Shown piece after piece: positions 10,454 through 21,536 of a stretch of 32,000 nt of DNA. Source of the DNA: Wolbachia endosymbiont of Litomosoides sigmodontis. Its GTDB lineage: Bacteria; Pseudomonadota; Alphaproteobacteria; Rickettsiales; Anaplasmataceae. Under the pieces are notes generated by a model that saw only the letters and a list, made by a program, of their open reading frames with translations, was not told where the DNA came from and ran no database searches. Both the position numbers and the translations under genes were made by a program. Positions within the stretch are counted from its first letter, which is position 1; every line of letters begins with the position of its first letter. Location: contig NZ_CP046577.1 of the NCBI RefSeq assembly GCF_013365435.1, positions 60,001 to 92,000 on the forward strand, read 5' to 3'.

Positions 10454-11539
10454 CTAATTTCTACTGTACAAGGAACAGGTAGATAATAATGAAAAAGAAG
10501 CCTTACTTAAGTAAGTAGAATAGTGAATTTTAAATGGTATTAAAACCAAAGTTATTGTGAATGAAGAAATCTGGGAATCAGTAAAAGGAACGCTGGAGAG
10601 AGTACGAAATAACGCATATATTAAAAAACTAAATGCTGTAATTGCAGTAAAAAAGCACAATGTAATAACCGTAGCAAAAATATTTTGCATTTCAAGAACA
10701 GTATTAACTGCACAGATAAAGTACCTAAAATTTAGAAAAGAAGAAAAATTGTTTGCTTCTCCTTAACGTCATAAAAAAACTGATTGAATCGTAGTCAATT
10801 TGAATAAATTGAAGTATGGATGCAAGAGAACCTTCATATTCTGTTAAGAAATGAGAATAAGAACTTAGGAAAATTTGGCTTAAATGTTAATAAGTCTACA
10901 GTGCACCGTAATATGCAAAAATGAAATTTTTGCAAACTGCGTCAAGATCAATTTACAATAAATAAGATAAAGTAAATGAGAAGAGTTTAAAAAAACTTAA
11001 TGAGACTATTGGTGATGGTCTAAATAAGAGTTATTTATCTTGAATAAAATATGATTTCGAATATATTCGAAAGTTGAACATAGGTGATTTAAAGAGGGCG
11101 TTAGAATATAGGTTGAAGTAAAATTAGGTAGATAAAAATTTTATCTCTACAGCACAGTTAATTCAAGAAATGGAGAGAGTCCTAGCTTATTTGTACAGAA
11201 TATTAACACTAATTGTATAAATATATTTCTTGAATAAATATCTTAATATTTAAGAATACGAAAAGCCTTTCTTATTATGAATTGTGCTAATTGGAATAAT
11301 TTAAAAAACTTAAAATTACCTAAAAATATCAAGATTATATACCTACCGTTACACTCACCTGAGCTCAATTCTATTGAGAGACTTTAGTTGTATATAAAAT
11401 AGAATATTTTGCGTAATAAAATCTATAATATAATTGCTTTGCTTAAGAGCACTTTGTGCAAATTTATTACCTCATTTCTCACTCCACAATGTCACTTTAT
11501 TTGATCTAACTTACTGGACAGTGAGAATTAGTATGATAG
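10454..11539 (+). mobile_element. Decayed IS630-family element, copy B (near full length)
   Basis: The left end is ctaatttctactgtacaagg and the right end is gtgagaattagtatgatag. It carries the HTH ORF 10557-10766 and the C-terminal motif region (PELNSIERL). Multiple stops are present. It is very close in sequence to copy D. Confidence 0.88.
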
Positions 11540-11770
11540 AGCCAAAATAGGCTTACTGCAAGCGCCATTTTGCAACGGTTTGTAGCAATGTGATCTTTTA
11601 ACTATTTTAAAAATTTCGTGTATTTTTTCTATAGTTTTTGTTGTTGGTTATTCCTTCAATAATTTTCACCATCTTTTGCTTGCCGAAAAAATGACCTTTT
11701 GTCCAAGGCTTGTGTTCAAAATTTCAGGTTATAGTGGTTTAGGTTACTTCTGTAAGTTACACGTAATTAG

Positions 11771-13093
11771 CTAATAGTTCTTTAACCTTGCAATGATATT
11801 TTCTTTACCGATAAAAATTAATAGCTTGGCAAGTTCAGGGCCTGTTTTTATGCCTGTTAAGGCTAAACGCAGCTGCATAAACAAATCTTTCGTCTTGATA
11901 TCTACTATTTGTTGAATAGCTTTCATCCATTCCGACAATGTGTTTTCATTGCAATCACCTTGAGGCAATACATCGAGCGCGATTTTTATAAACTCCTTAT
12001 CAAGAATCGCAGGTTCTATATTAGATTTACATATTTGCCACCACTCAGCTACTTCCGAGAATTTTTCTATATTGTTCCTTATAAAATACCAAAACTCTGG
12101 AAAGTTCACTCCAGTTTGACTTAAACGCTCTTTTACTACTTCAAATGGCATTTGTTGCAGGACTTTACTATTTAGCTTATATATTTCACTCAAGCTAAGT
12201 CGAGCAGAAGCTGAGCCAAATTTTTTAATGTCAAATGAGTCAATTAAAGATTGTATGTTAGCATAAGCTTTGATTGGATCAGATGTTCCAAGTTTCGTTA
12301 AATAACTGGCAAGTGCCATTGGTTCAATTTCATTTTCTTTAATAAATTTGATGTCCAGTCCACCTTTTCTCTTTGATATCTTACTATCATCAAAATGTAG
12401 CAGGGGAAGGTGAGCAAATACAGGAATTTTGGCTTCTAATGCTTGTATCATTTGTATCTGAACTGCAGTGTTAGTTACGTGATCTTCTCCGCGTATAACA
12501 TGAGTTATATTAAAGTCAACATCATCAATAACAGAAGGTAACATGTATGTATAAATTCCACACTCTCTTTTTACTACGGGGTCGCTGATACTGCTGATTG
12601 CAATATTTATTTCACCTTTAATTTCATCATTCCATTTAACAATTTTATTCTTGTCCAACTTAAATCTGAAATGTGGTTTTCGTCCTTCTTGCTCATAAAG
12701 AATTTTTTCTTGTTCAGTAAGAAGTAACGCGCTCCTATCATATACCGGGGGAAGTCCCTGTTTTAACTGCAATTTTCGTTTAATGTCTAACTCTTCTCTT
12801 GTTTCATAGCATGCATAAATGTACCCTTTTGTTGTTAACTGTAGAAACGCTTCATTATAACGCTTAAAGCGCTCTGATTGCTTAAAGTTTGCATCCCAAT
12901 CTATGCAAATCCATCTTAAGTCCTGGACTATGCTGTCTATATATTTGATATCTGAACGCTGAAGGTCAGTGTCATCAAAACGAAGTAAAAATTTTCCGTT
13001 TTGACTGCGTGTGTACATCCAGCAAATGAGTGCAGTGCGGACATTTCCTATATGAAGATGGCCAGTTGGGCTTGGAGCAAATCTTGTTAACAT
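11771..13093 (-). CDS. gltX: Glutamate--tRNA ligase (short ~440-aa GluRS paralog type)
   Basis: 440-aa ORF. The class I signatures are present: [11 protein letters not shown] (HIGH) and KISKRKGG (KMSKS). Confidence 0.93.
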   Translation of the reverse strand: MLTRFAPSPTGHLHIGNVRTALICWMYTRSQNGKFLLRFDDTDLQRSDIKYIDSIVQDLRWICIDWDANFKQSERFKRYNEAFLQLTTKGYIYACYETREELDIKRKLQLKQGLPPVYDRSALLLTEQEKILYEQEGRKPHFRFKLDKNKIVKWNDEIKGEINIAISSISDPVVKRECGIYTYMLPSVIDDVDFNITHVIRGEDHVTNTAVQIQMIQALEAKIPVFAHLPLLHFDDSKISKRKGGLDIKFIKENEIEPMALASYLTKLGTSDPIKAYANIQSLIDSFDIKKFGSASARLSLSEIYKLNSKVLQQMPFEVVKERLSQTGVNFPEFWYFIRNNIEKFSEVAEWWQICKSNIEPAILDKEFIKIALDVLPQGDCNENTLSEWMKAIQQIVDIKTKDLFMQLRLALTGIKTGPELAKLLIFIGKENIIARLKNY

Positions 13094-13579
13094 TTAATTT
13101 GTAGCTCTGATTTATTTCATTTTATATGAATACGGTAGCTAAAGCAAGATCCATAATATAGCAAAAGGTTATGCAAAGCTGTACAAAAAATGTTGTAGAG
13201 AGGTGTCATCTAAGCGGCTCATAGAAGCGCAAAAATCACTTGACGAATTTTGCCAAGTTCTCCTTATCTCAACAGTGAAGATATTCAGTTGCCTTCAATC
13301 TGTATAGATTAAACAATAAAGTATTGTATGGTAGTCTCTTATATTTAATTTTCTACACTATGTGCGCCTTATATCTTTATACCATTTCTAGGTTTATATA
13401 AACTGAAACGCGCTTATAAAGCATTCAAGGCAGTATAGAATGTTAATTTACAGAATTAGGGGGTAAATACTGTCTAATACGGTGTATTTTTTGCCTTTTT
13501 TATATAGTAAATTTCCTAAATATTTAGGATTAAAGTTTTAGTTGCATTAAGAATGCAGTTGAGTCGTAGTTATTAAATA

Positions 13580-13980
13580 TTTATATCAATCCTCACTATA
13601 TAAGAAACGGGTAGATAATAATTGGAGAGAAGTCATACTGAAGTAGTAAAATAGCGAGGTTTAAATGGCATTGAAATCAAAGTTATTGGATGAAAAGGAC
13701 ATAGAATTGGTAAAAAAAATTGCTGAAGGAGGTACAAAATAATGTGTATGTTACAAAAAAATTAAATGCTGTAATTGTAGCAAGACAGCATATTATAACG
13801 ACCATAGCAAAAATATGTTGCATTTCAAGAACAGCACTAACTGTGCAGATAAAGTACCTAAAATTTGGAAGAGAAGGAAAATTGTTTATTTCTTCTCAAC
13901 ATTGTGAAAAAACTAGATTGAATCAGAGTAAATTCAAATAAATTGAAGAAAGCCCTGATATTATCATTAAAGAAATGATG
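13580..13980 (+). mobile_element. IS630-family fragment, copy C (left ~400 bp only)
   Basis: It has a left-end-like sequence (tatatcaatcctcactatataagaaacgggtagataataa) and the HTH region (ORF 13720-13941). It ends abruptly at 13980, where the right terminal repeat of inverted copy D begins. Confidence 0.8.
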
Positions 13981-14938
13981 CAATTCTTATTGCTAAAGGG
14001 TCAAATAAGCAGCATTGCAGAATTGTTTAATTGAGTAGTGAAGAAGAAGAGGTAATAAATTTGTATAAAGCGCTCTTAAGCAAAGCAATTGCATTGTAAA
14101 TTTTATTATGTAAGATATTCTGTTTTATATACAACCAAAGTCTCTCAATAGAATTGAGCTCAGGTGAGTGTAACGGTAGGTATATAATCTTGATATTTTT
14201 AGGTAATTTTAAGTTTTTTAAATTATTCCAATTAGCACAATTCATAATAAAAAAGGCTTTTCGTATTCTTAAATATTACGATATTTATTCAAGAAATATA
14301 TTTATATAATTGGTGTTAATATTCTGTGCAAATAAGCTAGGACTCTCTCCATTTCTTAAATTAACTGCGCTGTAGAGATAAAATTTTTATCTACTTAATT
14401 TTACTTCAACCTATATTCTAACGCCCTCTTTAAACCACCTGTGTTCAACTTTTGAATATATGCTAAATCATATTTTAGCTAAGATAAATAACTCTTGTTT
14501 AGAATATCACCAATAGTCTCATTAAGTTTTTTTTAAACTCTTCTTATTTACTTTATCTTGTTTATTGTAAATTGGTCTTGGCGCAGTTTGCAAAAATTTC
14601 ATTTTTGCATATTACAGTGCACTGTAGTCTTATTGACATTTAAGCCAAATTTTTCTAGGTTCTTATTTTCATTTTTTAACAGAATATTAGGGTTTTCTTC
14701 TATCCATACTTCAACTTGTTCAAATTGATTATGATTCAATCAGTTTTTTTTACAACATTGAGGAGAAGCAAGCAATTTTTTTCTCTTTCACATTTTAGGT
14801 ACATTATCTGTGCAGTAGTGCTGTTTTTGAATGTAACATGTTTTTATTACGGTCTATTATACTGTGCTTTTTGCTGCAATTATAGAGCATTTAGTTTTTT
14901 TGTAACATATACGTTGTTCGTACTTTTCTGACGTTTCT
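13981..14938 (-). mobile_element. Decayed IS630-family element, copy D (lacks about the first 110 bp including the left IR)
   Basis: On the plus strand it opens with the reverse-complemented right end (caattcttattgctaaagggtcaaataag). ORF 14027-14245 encodes the DDE C-terminal block LPLHSPELNSIERLWLYIKQNIL. Homology stops near 14938, before the left IR. It shares a run of about 112 nt identical to copy B. Confidence 0.85.
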
Positions 14939-15047
14939 ATAACTAACGTTTAAGTCATATATTAAGGCTTTAAAAGAGGTCTCAGTTTACTTGCTCTATT
15001 ATTTTCTTTATTATTAAGTATTGCTTTAAATAATATGGAGGAGTGGG

Positions 15048-16610
15048 TTGTCAGCAATTGCCGTTATTGATTTTGGTTCACAATTTACACAGCTTATCGC
15101 AAGACGAGTCAGAGAAGTGGGTGTTTATTGTGAAATATTCCCAAGCAACATCAATTTTGAGATAATATCGAAATTCAATGGATTTATCCTCTCTGGGGGA
15201 CCGCAGTCTGTGCATAATAATTTTTCTGAGATAAATGGAGTGGTGCATAAGATTATAAAACTTAATGAGGTAACAAATGTGCCTATACTTGGGATATGCT
15301 ACGGGCAACAACTTATTTGTCATTATTTTGGAGCAAAAGTAGAAAAAGAGTTTAAACAGGAGTTTGGCAAAACTAAGATCAAGATACTAAAGGAATCTCC
15401 TATTATAAAGAATGTGTGGGATGTTAATTCTGAAGTGGATGTGGTAATGAATCATACGGACAGTGTTGAAATTGCACCACAAGGGTTTACTGTTATTGCA
15501 TTAGGTATAATAAATCAAACTATTGCGATAGTTGCTAATGAACAACGTAAGATATATTGTACTCAATTCCATCCTGAAGTTAAGCCTAAAGCGAATGGTA
15601 GTAAGTTGCTTTCTAACTTCTTGGATATTGCAAATTGTAAGAGGGATTGGACAGTGAAGTCAATCATTGAAAAGCAAAAGGAAAGAATCAAAAATTTGGT
15701 AGGAGAAAAAAAAGTAATTGCTGCGGTAAGTGGAGGAGTAGATTCAAATGTTGCAGCGGCTCTTACATATAAAGCTATAGGAAAACAATTAAATTGTATT
15801 TTTATTAATACTGGGTTGTTACGTAAGAACCAGACCATTGCTGTGTTAGAAGAGATTCCAGTAAATTATGTTGATAAGTCAAATTTATTTTTAAATAGAT
15901 TAAAAGGTATAACTGATCCAGAAGAAAAGCGAAAAATTATAGGTAATACTTTTATTGAAGTGTTTGAAGAGGAGGCAAAAAAAATAGGTCATGTAGATTT
16001 TTTAATGCAGGGTACTATTTACTCTGATGTGGTTGAATCAGGGCATGCTTCGGAAAATACTAGTACAATCAAATCTCATCATAACGTTGGTGGATTGCCA
16101 GAGAAGATGAATCTAAAGCTAGTGGAGCCTTTACGCTACCTCTTTAAGGATGAAGTAAGGCTGCTTGGGAAAGAAATTGGTCTTTCAGATGAGATAATAT
16201 TACAACATCCGTTTCCAGGACCTGGACTTGCAGTGAGGGTCATAGGTGAAGTAGATGAGGAAAGAGTGCAAATATTGCAAGAAATAGATGAAATATATAT
16301 CAATACAATGAAAAATTATGGTCTATATGATAAAATATGGCAAGCTTTTGCTGTGCTATTGCCGATAAGAACTGTGGGTGTTATGGGAGATGATCGTACG
16401 TACGAATATGTTTGTGCTTTGAGAGCTGTGACATCGTTTGATGGTATGACAGCTGATGCATTTCCATTTGAAAATAAAAATCAGCATTCATTAGTGTTTT
16501 GGGATTTTCTACAAAATGTCAGCAGCATAATTGTTAATAACGTTTCCAGAGTAAATAGAGTTATGTATGACTTAACTTCAAAACCACCGGCGACTATTGA
16601 GTGGGAATAA
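15048..16610 (+). CDS. guaA: GMP synthase (glutamine-hydrolysing)
   Basis: 520-aa ORF with a TTG start preceded by GGAGGAG. The GATase catalytic Cys context is [10 protein letters not shown] and the His-Glu context is QFHPEV. The ATP-PPase P-loop [10 protein letters not shown] is present, and the C-terminus is the conserved PPATIEWE. Confidence 0.96.
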   Translation: MSAIAVIDFGSQFTQLIARRVREVGVYCEIFPSNINFEIISKFNGFILSGGPQSVHNNFSEINGVVHKIIKLNEVTNVPILGICYGQQLICHYFGAKVEKEFKQEFGKTKIKILKESPIIKNVWDVNSEVDVVMNHTDSVEIAPQGFTVIALGIINQTIAIVANEQRKIYCTQFHPEVKPKANGSKLLSNFLDIANCKRDWTVKSIIEKQKERIKNLVGEKKVIAAVSGGVDSNVAAALTYKAIGKQLNCIFINTGLLRKNQTIAVLEEIPVNYVDKSNLFLNRLKGITDPEEKRKIIGNTFIEVFEEEAKKIGHVDFLMQGTIYSDVVESGHASENTSTIKSHHNVGGLPEKMNLKLVEPLRYLFKDEVRLLGKEIGLSDEIILQHPFPGPGLAVRVIGEVDEERVQILQEIDEIYINTMKNYGLYDKIWQAFAVLLPIRTVGVMGDDRTYEYVCALRAVTSFDGMTADAFPFENKNQHSLVFWDFLQNVSSIIVNNVSRVNRVMYDLTSKPPATIEWE

Positions 16611-17327
16611 TTTAGGGCTGTTTTTTTTCTTCATGCACTGCACTTTTTTCTTTATTCTATTTATAGCTTCTACGAAGAATGAAAACATCAATGAAGAATA
16701 TAAGTATTCTTTTGGTACTTCTATGTGAAGTCCATTAAGCATTAGGTGCGTACCAATAAGTATAATAAATAAGATGGAGATTGTTTTTAAACTTAGACTA
16801 GGTTTAATTAACTGAGTGGTATAATTTGACAACAATATCATTGTTAGTATGGAAAATGTGTATGCTATAGCAATTGTTACCATGCTATGAGTTAATGCTA
16901 TAATGGTTAGTAAAGAATCAACTGAAAAAATTAAGTCTATTAATATAATTTGTAGTACAGCTGAAAACATTTGTGATTTAGTGTCTGTTTTTTTTTTGAT
17001 TTGCTTGCATGAGAAAATGTCGTTCCATAGCTCTATGAAGCTTTTAATGATTAAGAATAATCCTCCTGCTATCATGAGTAGATCTTTTACTGAAAAGTTG
17101 AATGATGCAGCGTAAAATATAGGTTTTTGCATTGATAATATATGTGATGTAAAAGAAAGTGTTACAAAGCGCATCAATAGTGCTAGTGTAAGACCTATGA
17201 TGCGTACTTTTTCCTTTAATGCGTTTGGTACTCTATCTATTACTAGAGAAATAAAGATTAAGTTATCTACACTAAGTATTGTTTCAAATAGTGTAAGTAT
17301 TAGTAGAGCCCAAGCTTCAACTAGCAT
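16578..17327 (-). CDS. TerC-family integral membrane protein
   Basis: 249-aa polytopic membrane ORF with the duplicated TerC signature ([10 protein letters not shown] and FSVDSLL). Its last 11 codons overlap the 3' end of convergent guaA. Confidence 0.85.
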   Translation of the reverse strand: MLVEAWALLILTLFETILSVDNLIFISLVIDRVPNALKEKVRIIGLTLALLMRFVTLSFTSHILSMQKPIFYAASFNFSVKDLLMIAGGLFLIIKSFIELWNDIFSCKQIKKKTDTKSQMFSAVLQIILIDLIFSVDSLLTIIALTHSMVTIAIAYTFSILTMILLSNYTTQLIKPSLSLKTISILFIILIGTHLMLNGLHIEVPKEYLYSSLMFSFFVEAINRIKKKVQCMKKKNSPKLFPLNSRRWF

Positions 17328-17663
17328 TTTTATTCCAAATTTAGTTTTTTATATTTTATAACAGATATGTAAAAATTAAGTAACTTCACTCAGGTAAAGT
17401 ATAGAAGGTTTTTGCTTTCAGAATGATCATGCTTATATCTGTTCAGCTAATGGGTATCAACTTAAGCATCTTCCTTAGTGAATTCTCCTGAAGATATAAT
17501 GAATTTTATAGAGAAGTTTTATATACACTTACTAGTATTTTTCTTAAGTTGATGCCATGACCCATTCAACTTAGCGTTTAATGGGATAGTATCAATTAAT
17601 GACTTCTTCTTTAAGTTGTGCAATTTCTGCTTAAGGAAAATCAGTAAGTTCATCTATTAATGA

Positions 17664-17720
17664 TAATTCTTACTGTACAAGAAATAGGTGGAAAATAATA
17701 GAAAAGAAGTTATGCTGGGG
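17664..17720 (+). mobile_element. IS630-family fragment E1 (left terminal ~57 bp only)
   Basis: The sequence taattcttactgtacaagaaataggtggaaaataatagaaaagaagttatgctgggg matches the left IR and the first bases of the other copies. It is followed directly by an inverted right IR. Confidence 0.7.
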
Positions 17721-18064
17721 TAATACTAATTCTCACTATTAATAGGTCAAATAAATGACATTGCAGAGTGAGAAAGAGAGGTAATTGCTTTGCAAAAAAG
17801 AGCACTTTCAAGCAAAGCAATTGTATTATAAGCCTTTTATTGCGCAAAATGTTCTGTTTTATATGTAACCAAAGCCTCCTCTCTCAATAGGGTTTTAGCT
17901 AGGTAAGCATGTATATAATCTCGACATTTTGATGTCTTTAAATTTTTAACTTATTAATTTTACTCTAACCTGTATTTAACATTTTCTTTAATACCTGTCT
18001 CTAACTTTCGAATGCGTGCCACTAAGATTTACAAAGAAAAATCCTCTTGTTCAGTATACTTATA
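17721..18064 (-). mobile_element. IS630-family fragment E2 (right half, inverted, with an internal deletion)
   Basis: It starts with the reverse-complemented right IR (taatactaattctcactattaataggtcaaata). It runs back to roughly mid-element with a deletion of about 190 bp relative to copy D. It shares derived bases with the 3' half of adjacent copy F (caaagcctc..tcaatagggttttagc). Confidence 0.8.
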
Positions 18065-19134
18065 CTAATTTCTAGTGTACAAGAAATAAATAAAAGTAGT
18101 GGGAAAGAAACCATACTGAAGTAAGTAAAATAACAAGGCTTAAGCGACGTTAAAATTAAAATTGTTGGATAAAAAAGTGGTAGAATCAGAAAAAAATGCT
18201 GAGGAAAGTGCAAAATATTGCAAGAAAATTAAATATTGAGACTGCAATAAATAAACACTGTATAACAGCTTTAGCAAAAATATATTGCATTTCAAGAACA
18301 ACACTAACTGCATGAAGAAAGTACCTAAAATTTGGAAGAGAAGAAAAATGGTTTACTCTTCCTTAATGTTATAGAAAAACTAGATTAAATCAGAATTAAT
18401 TTGAATAAGTAAAAGTATGGATATAAGAAAACTCCTAATGTTACTATTAAAGAAATGAGAATAAGAATTCAGGAAAAATTTGGCTTGAATGTTAGTAAAT
18501 CTGCAGTAATATGCAAAAATGAAGTCTTTGCATATTACGTTAGGACCAGTTTACAATGAATAAGGTAGAGGTAAACAAGAAGAATTAAAAGAACTTAATG
18601 AAACTATTGGTAGGTGTTGTGAACAAGAGTTATTTTTCTTCGATGGATCACAGTTTGGTACACGTTTGAAAGTTGAGCGCTGGTGATTTAAAAAAGGCGT
18701 TAGAACACAATTGGGAGAAAATTAGTTAGATAAAATTTTTATCTCTACAGAGTAATAACCCTAGAAATGAAGAGATTTCTAGCTTATTTATACCAAAATG
18801 TCAACACTAATTGTATGAATATATTTCTTGAACAAATGTTGCAATACTTAAGAACATGACAAGCTTTTCTTATCGTGGATTATTTTAGTTAACATAAATT
18901 GAAAATTTAAAAATATCTAAAATGTCGGATTATATACATGTTACCTCATGTTTATTTAGGCTAAAACCCTATTGAAAGAGGCTTTGATTGCATATAAAAC
19001 AGAACATTTTACGTAATAAGGCTTATAATACAATTGCTTTGCTTGAAAGTGTTTTTTTGCAAAGCTATTACCTCTCTTTCTCATTCTGCAATGTCATTAT
19101 ATTTGACCTATTATATAGTGAGAATTGGTATTAG
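18065..19134 (+). mobile_element. Decayed IS630-family element, copy F (near full length)
   Basis: The left end is ctaatttctagtgtacaag and the right end is atagtgagaattggtattag. Transposase-derived sequence runs throughout and is interrupted by stops. Confidence 0.88.
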
Positions 19135-19474
19135 AAAACTCACATTCTCTATTTAGCTTTACCAATTTAATCTAAAATGTCATTGAGAAAATGAATAAGA
19201 ATATTCTTGTTTTTCTCAGTGCAAAGATGCTTGCAGAAACTCGGAAAAAGCTATAAAAAATTTACTTAAAAATATTATTCGTTATACACTATTTTGCGCA
19301 AATATTCAACTTCCTTGTGTTTAAAATTTTTCTCTATCTTATAGAATAAGATGTACCAATGGTAAAAGATAGGCTTTTAAATCATTCATGGATTTCTGCT
19401 ACATTGTTAATATGGTACTTGCCTTTCTCTGCGAAATATATTAGAAAGGGAAGGTTATAAGGCATAAGAGATGA

Positions 19475-20632
19475 TCAGCTACTTTCTGCGCACATCAGCT
19501 CAGTATGTAAATCCCTAACTATAGCTTCGGCATATTCCCTTTGAACGATGATACTAATTTTGATTTCGGATGCTGTAATTGCAAGTATTTTTATCTTTTT
19601 TTCACTGAAGACCTTGAGTATATGACACATCACAGACATAACACCAATACCAATTATTGAAATTTTAGCTGCGTTATTGTTTATAACATAATCTTTATTC
19701 TCGTTTAGTAACCTTTTTACTAAGTCAATATCAAACTCGGAAATTACGATACTTGATCCATGTATCATATCAATTTTAATATTTGCCCATGCCATGTCTT
19801 TTAGAGCATGCAAGTTATTTGCAAGGTTGGTAAAAGTTACAAGAGCTTTATTAGTGCTATAAGTTATTCCAGTAATTGTGTGTTTCTCTAATACATCATT
19901 TTCGTGTAATACTGCAGTGCCTTCTATCTCTTTAGAAGTGGATAGTATTTGTACTTTAATGTTGTGTTTCATTGCGAGTTGTACTGAACGATTATGCAGT
20001 ATTTTAGCACCTGATGATGACATCTCCAACATTTCATCATAAGAGATGTATTTAAGTTTGTGTGCTTTTGGGACAATTTTCGGATCGGCAGTATATATTC
20101 CATCTATATCAGTAAAAATCTCACAAACTTTGGCACCAAAAACTACTGCTAAGGCAACTGCTGATATATCAGAGCCTCCTCTTCCTAAGGTAGTGATTCT
20201 ATTATTATATGTGCCCTGAAAACCAGCGATGATTGCCACAGTATAACCTTCAGCGAAAGATCTTTTTAAATGATCAATCTTTATTGTTTTTATTTTAGAC
20301 TCGGAATAAGAATCATCAGTTATAATTGGTAGCTGCCAAGCAAGCCAAGATTTGGCATTTACTCCAATAGATAGAAGAGTGATCGCTAATAGGCCACAGG
20401 AAATTTGCTCTCCCGCTGAAAGCATAACGTCGTATTCTGATAGTTCTTGTTTATGGCTTAAGTTTGAGATTTGTCTAGCCTGAAAAATCATTTGGTCAGT
20501 AAGCCCTGCAACAGCAGAAACAATAACGACTACACTACAACCATTATCAACATCTTTTTTTATTAAATTTGCAACTCTGGTTAGATCAGTTAACGAGGTT
20601 CCACCAAATTTTTTTACTATTATGTTATCCAT
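19475..20632 (-). CDS. lysC: Aspartate kinase
   Basis: 385-aa ORF with the N-terminal kinase motif VKKFGGTSL and the block TLGRGGSDISA. An ACT-like C-terminal region is present. Confidence 0.92.
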   Translation of the reverse strand: MDNIIVKKFGGTSLTDLTRVANLIKKDVDNGCSVVVIVSAVAGLTDQMIFQARQISNLSHKQELSEYDVMLSAGEQISCGLLAITLLSIGVNAKSWLAWQLPIITDDSYSESKIKTIKIDHLKRSFAEGYTVAIIAGFQGTYNNRITTLGRGGSDISAVALAVVFGAKVCEIFTDIDGIYTADPKIVPKAHKLKYISYDEMLEMSSSGAKILHNRSVQLAMKHNIKVQILSTSKEIEGTAVLHENDVLEKHTITGITYSTNKALVTFTNLANNLHALKDMAWANIKIDMIHGSSIVISEFDIDLVKRLLNENKDYVINNNAAKISIIGIGVMSVMCHILKVFSEKKIKILAITASEIKISIIVQREYAEAIVRDLHTELMCAESS

Positions 20633-21028
20633 AGTTATAATATAGCTTCTTTTGGAGAAAAATATACTACTAATTGATATAAGTTTTAAAAAGCTTGATC
20701 ATTCTCCGTGGCAGAAGTCTCTGATTAGAGATAACGAACCACAAATTAGTATAGTTTTAACGTTTTGAATAGGGCTTTTAGTGTGCGATTTAATATAGCA
20801 GCATCGCTGATTTTAATTTATATTCAATGGCATTTTTATTTATTATTGATATTCCTTTCCTGATTAGATTTGTATTTGTTGCTTTGGGTTAAGATTTGAC
20901 ATAAATTATGCATAGTAGTTTGATATAAGGTTTTAGGTATTTCAAGAATTTTTTTTCACATTTTTGTTACGAATAATATCAAAAATTATATGAATGTTTT
21001 AGCAAAATTATCTTTTACCTGCTTGTGT

Positions 21029-21536
21029 CAATTCTCATTGTTGGTGATCAAATAAGTGATATTACAGAGTAAAAAGATGAGATAACAAATTGGTACAAAG
21101 CGCTCTTAGGTAAAGTAATTGTATTATAGACTTTATTATGTAAAATGTTCTGTTTTGTGTACAACTAAAGTCTCTCAATAGAATTGAGCTCAGGTAAGTA
21201 TGGTGGTAGGCATATAATCTTGATATTTTTAGAGACCCTTAAATTTTTTTAATTTATGCCAACCAGCACAGTCTATAGTAAGAAAGGCTTCTCATGATTA
21301 GAACATTTGTTCAAGAAATGTACTCATACGGTCAATATTAATATTTGGCATAAATAAGCTAGAACTCTCTTCATTTTTAGAATTAATTGCATTGTAGAAA
21401 TAAAAATTTTATCTACCTAATTTTACTTTAGTCTGTGTTTTAATGCTGTTTTAAAACTACCCGTATTTAATTTTCAAGTGTCTATTAAACCAAAATTTAT
21501 TAAATATGAATAACTCTCTTATTCAGGATGCTGATG
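21029..21536 (-). mobile_element. IS630-family fragment G (right half only, inverted)
   Basis: It starts with the reverse-complemented right end (caattctcattgttggtgatcaaataagtg). It ends at about mid-element, directly against the left IR of copy H. It shares derived bases with the 3' half of H (aggtaagtatggtgg, aaaaagatgagataa). Confidence 0.82.

Noticed and set aside
14716-14931. Short ORFs inside IS copies that are not in the transposase frame (also 10454-10690, 18022-18213, 21788-22015, 24054-24242, 24914-25111, 25026-25223)
   Set aside because: They are antisense or out-of-frame readings of decayed IS sequence. Their hydrophobic, low-complexity products are not conserved between copies.
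10454-14938. An active composite transposon carrying gltX
   Set aside because: Both flanking copies are pseudogenised. Copy D lacks its outer (left) terminal repeat, and no intact transposase is visible in the window. The pair is better viewed as a recombination substrate than as a mobile unit.
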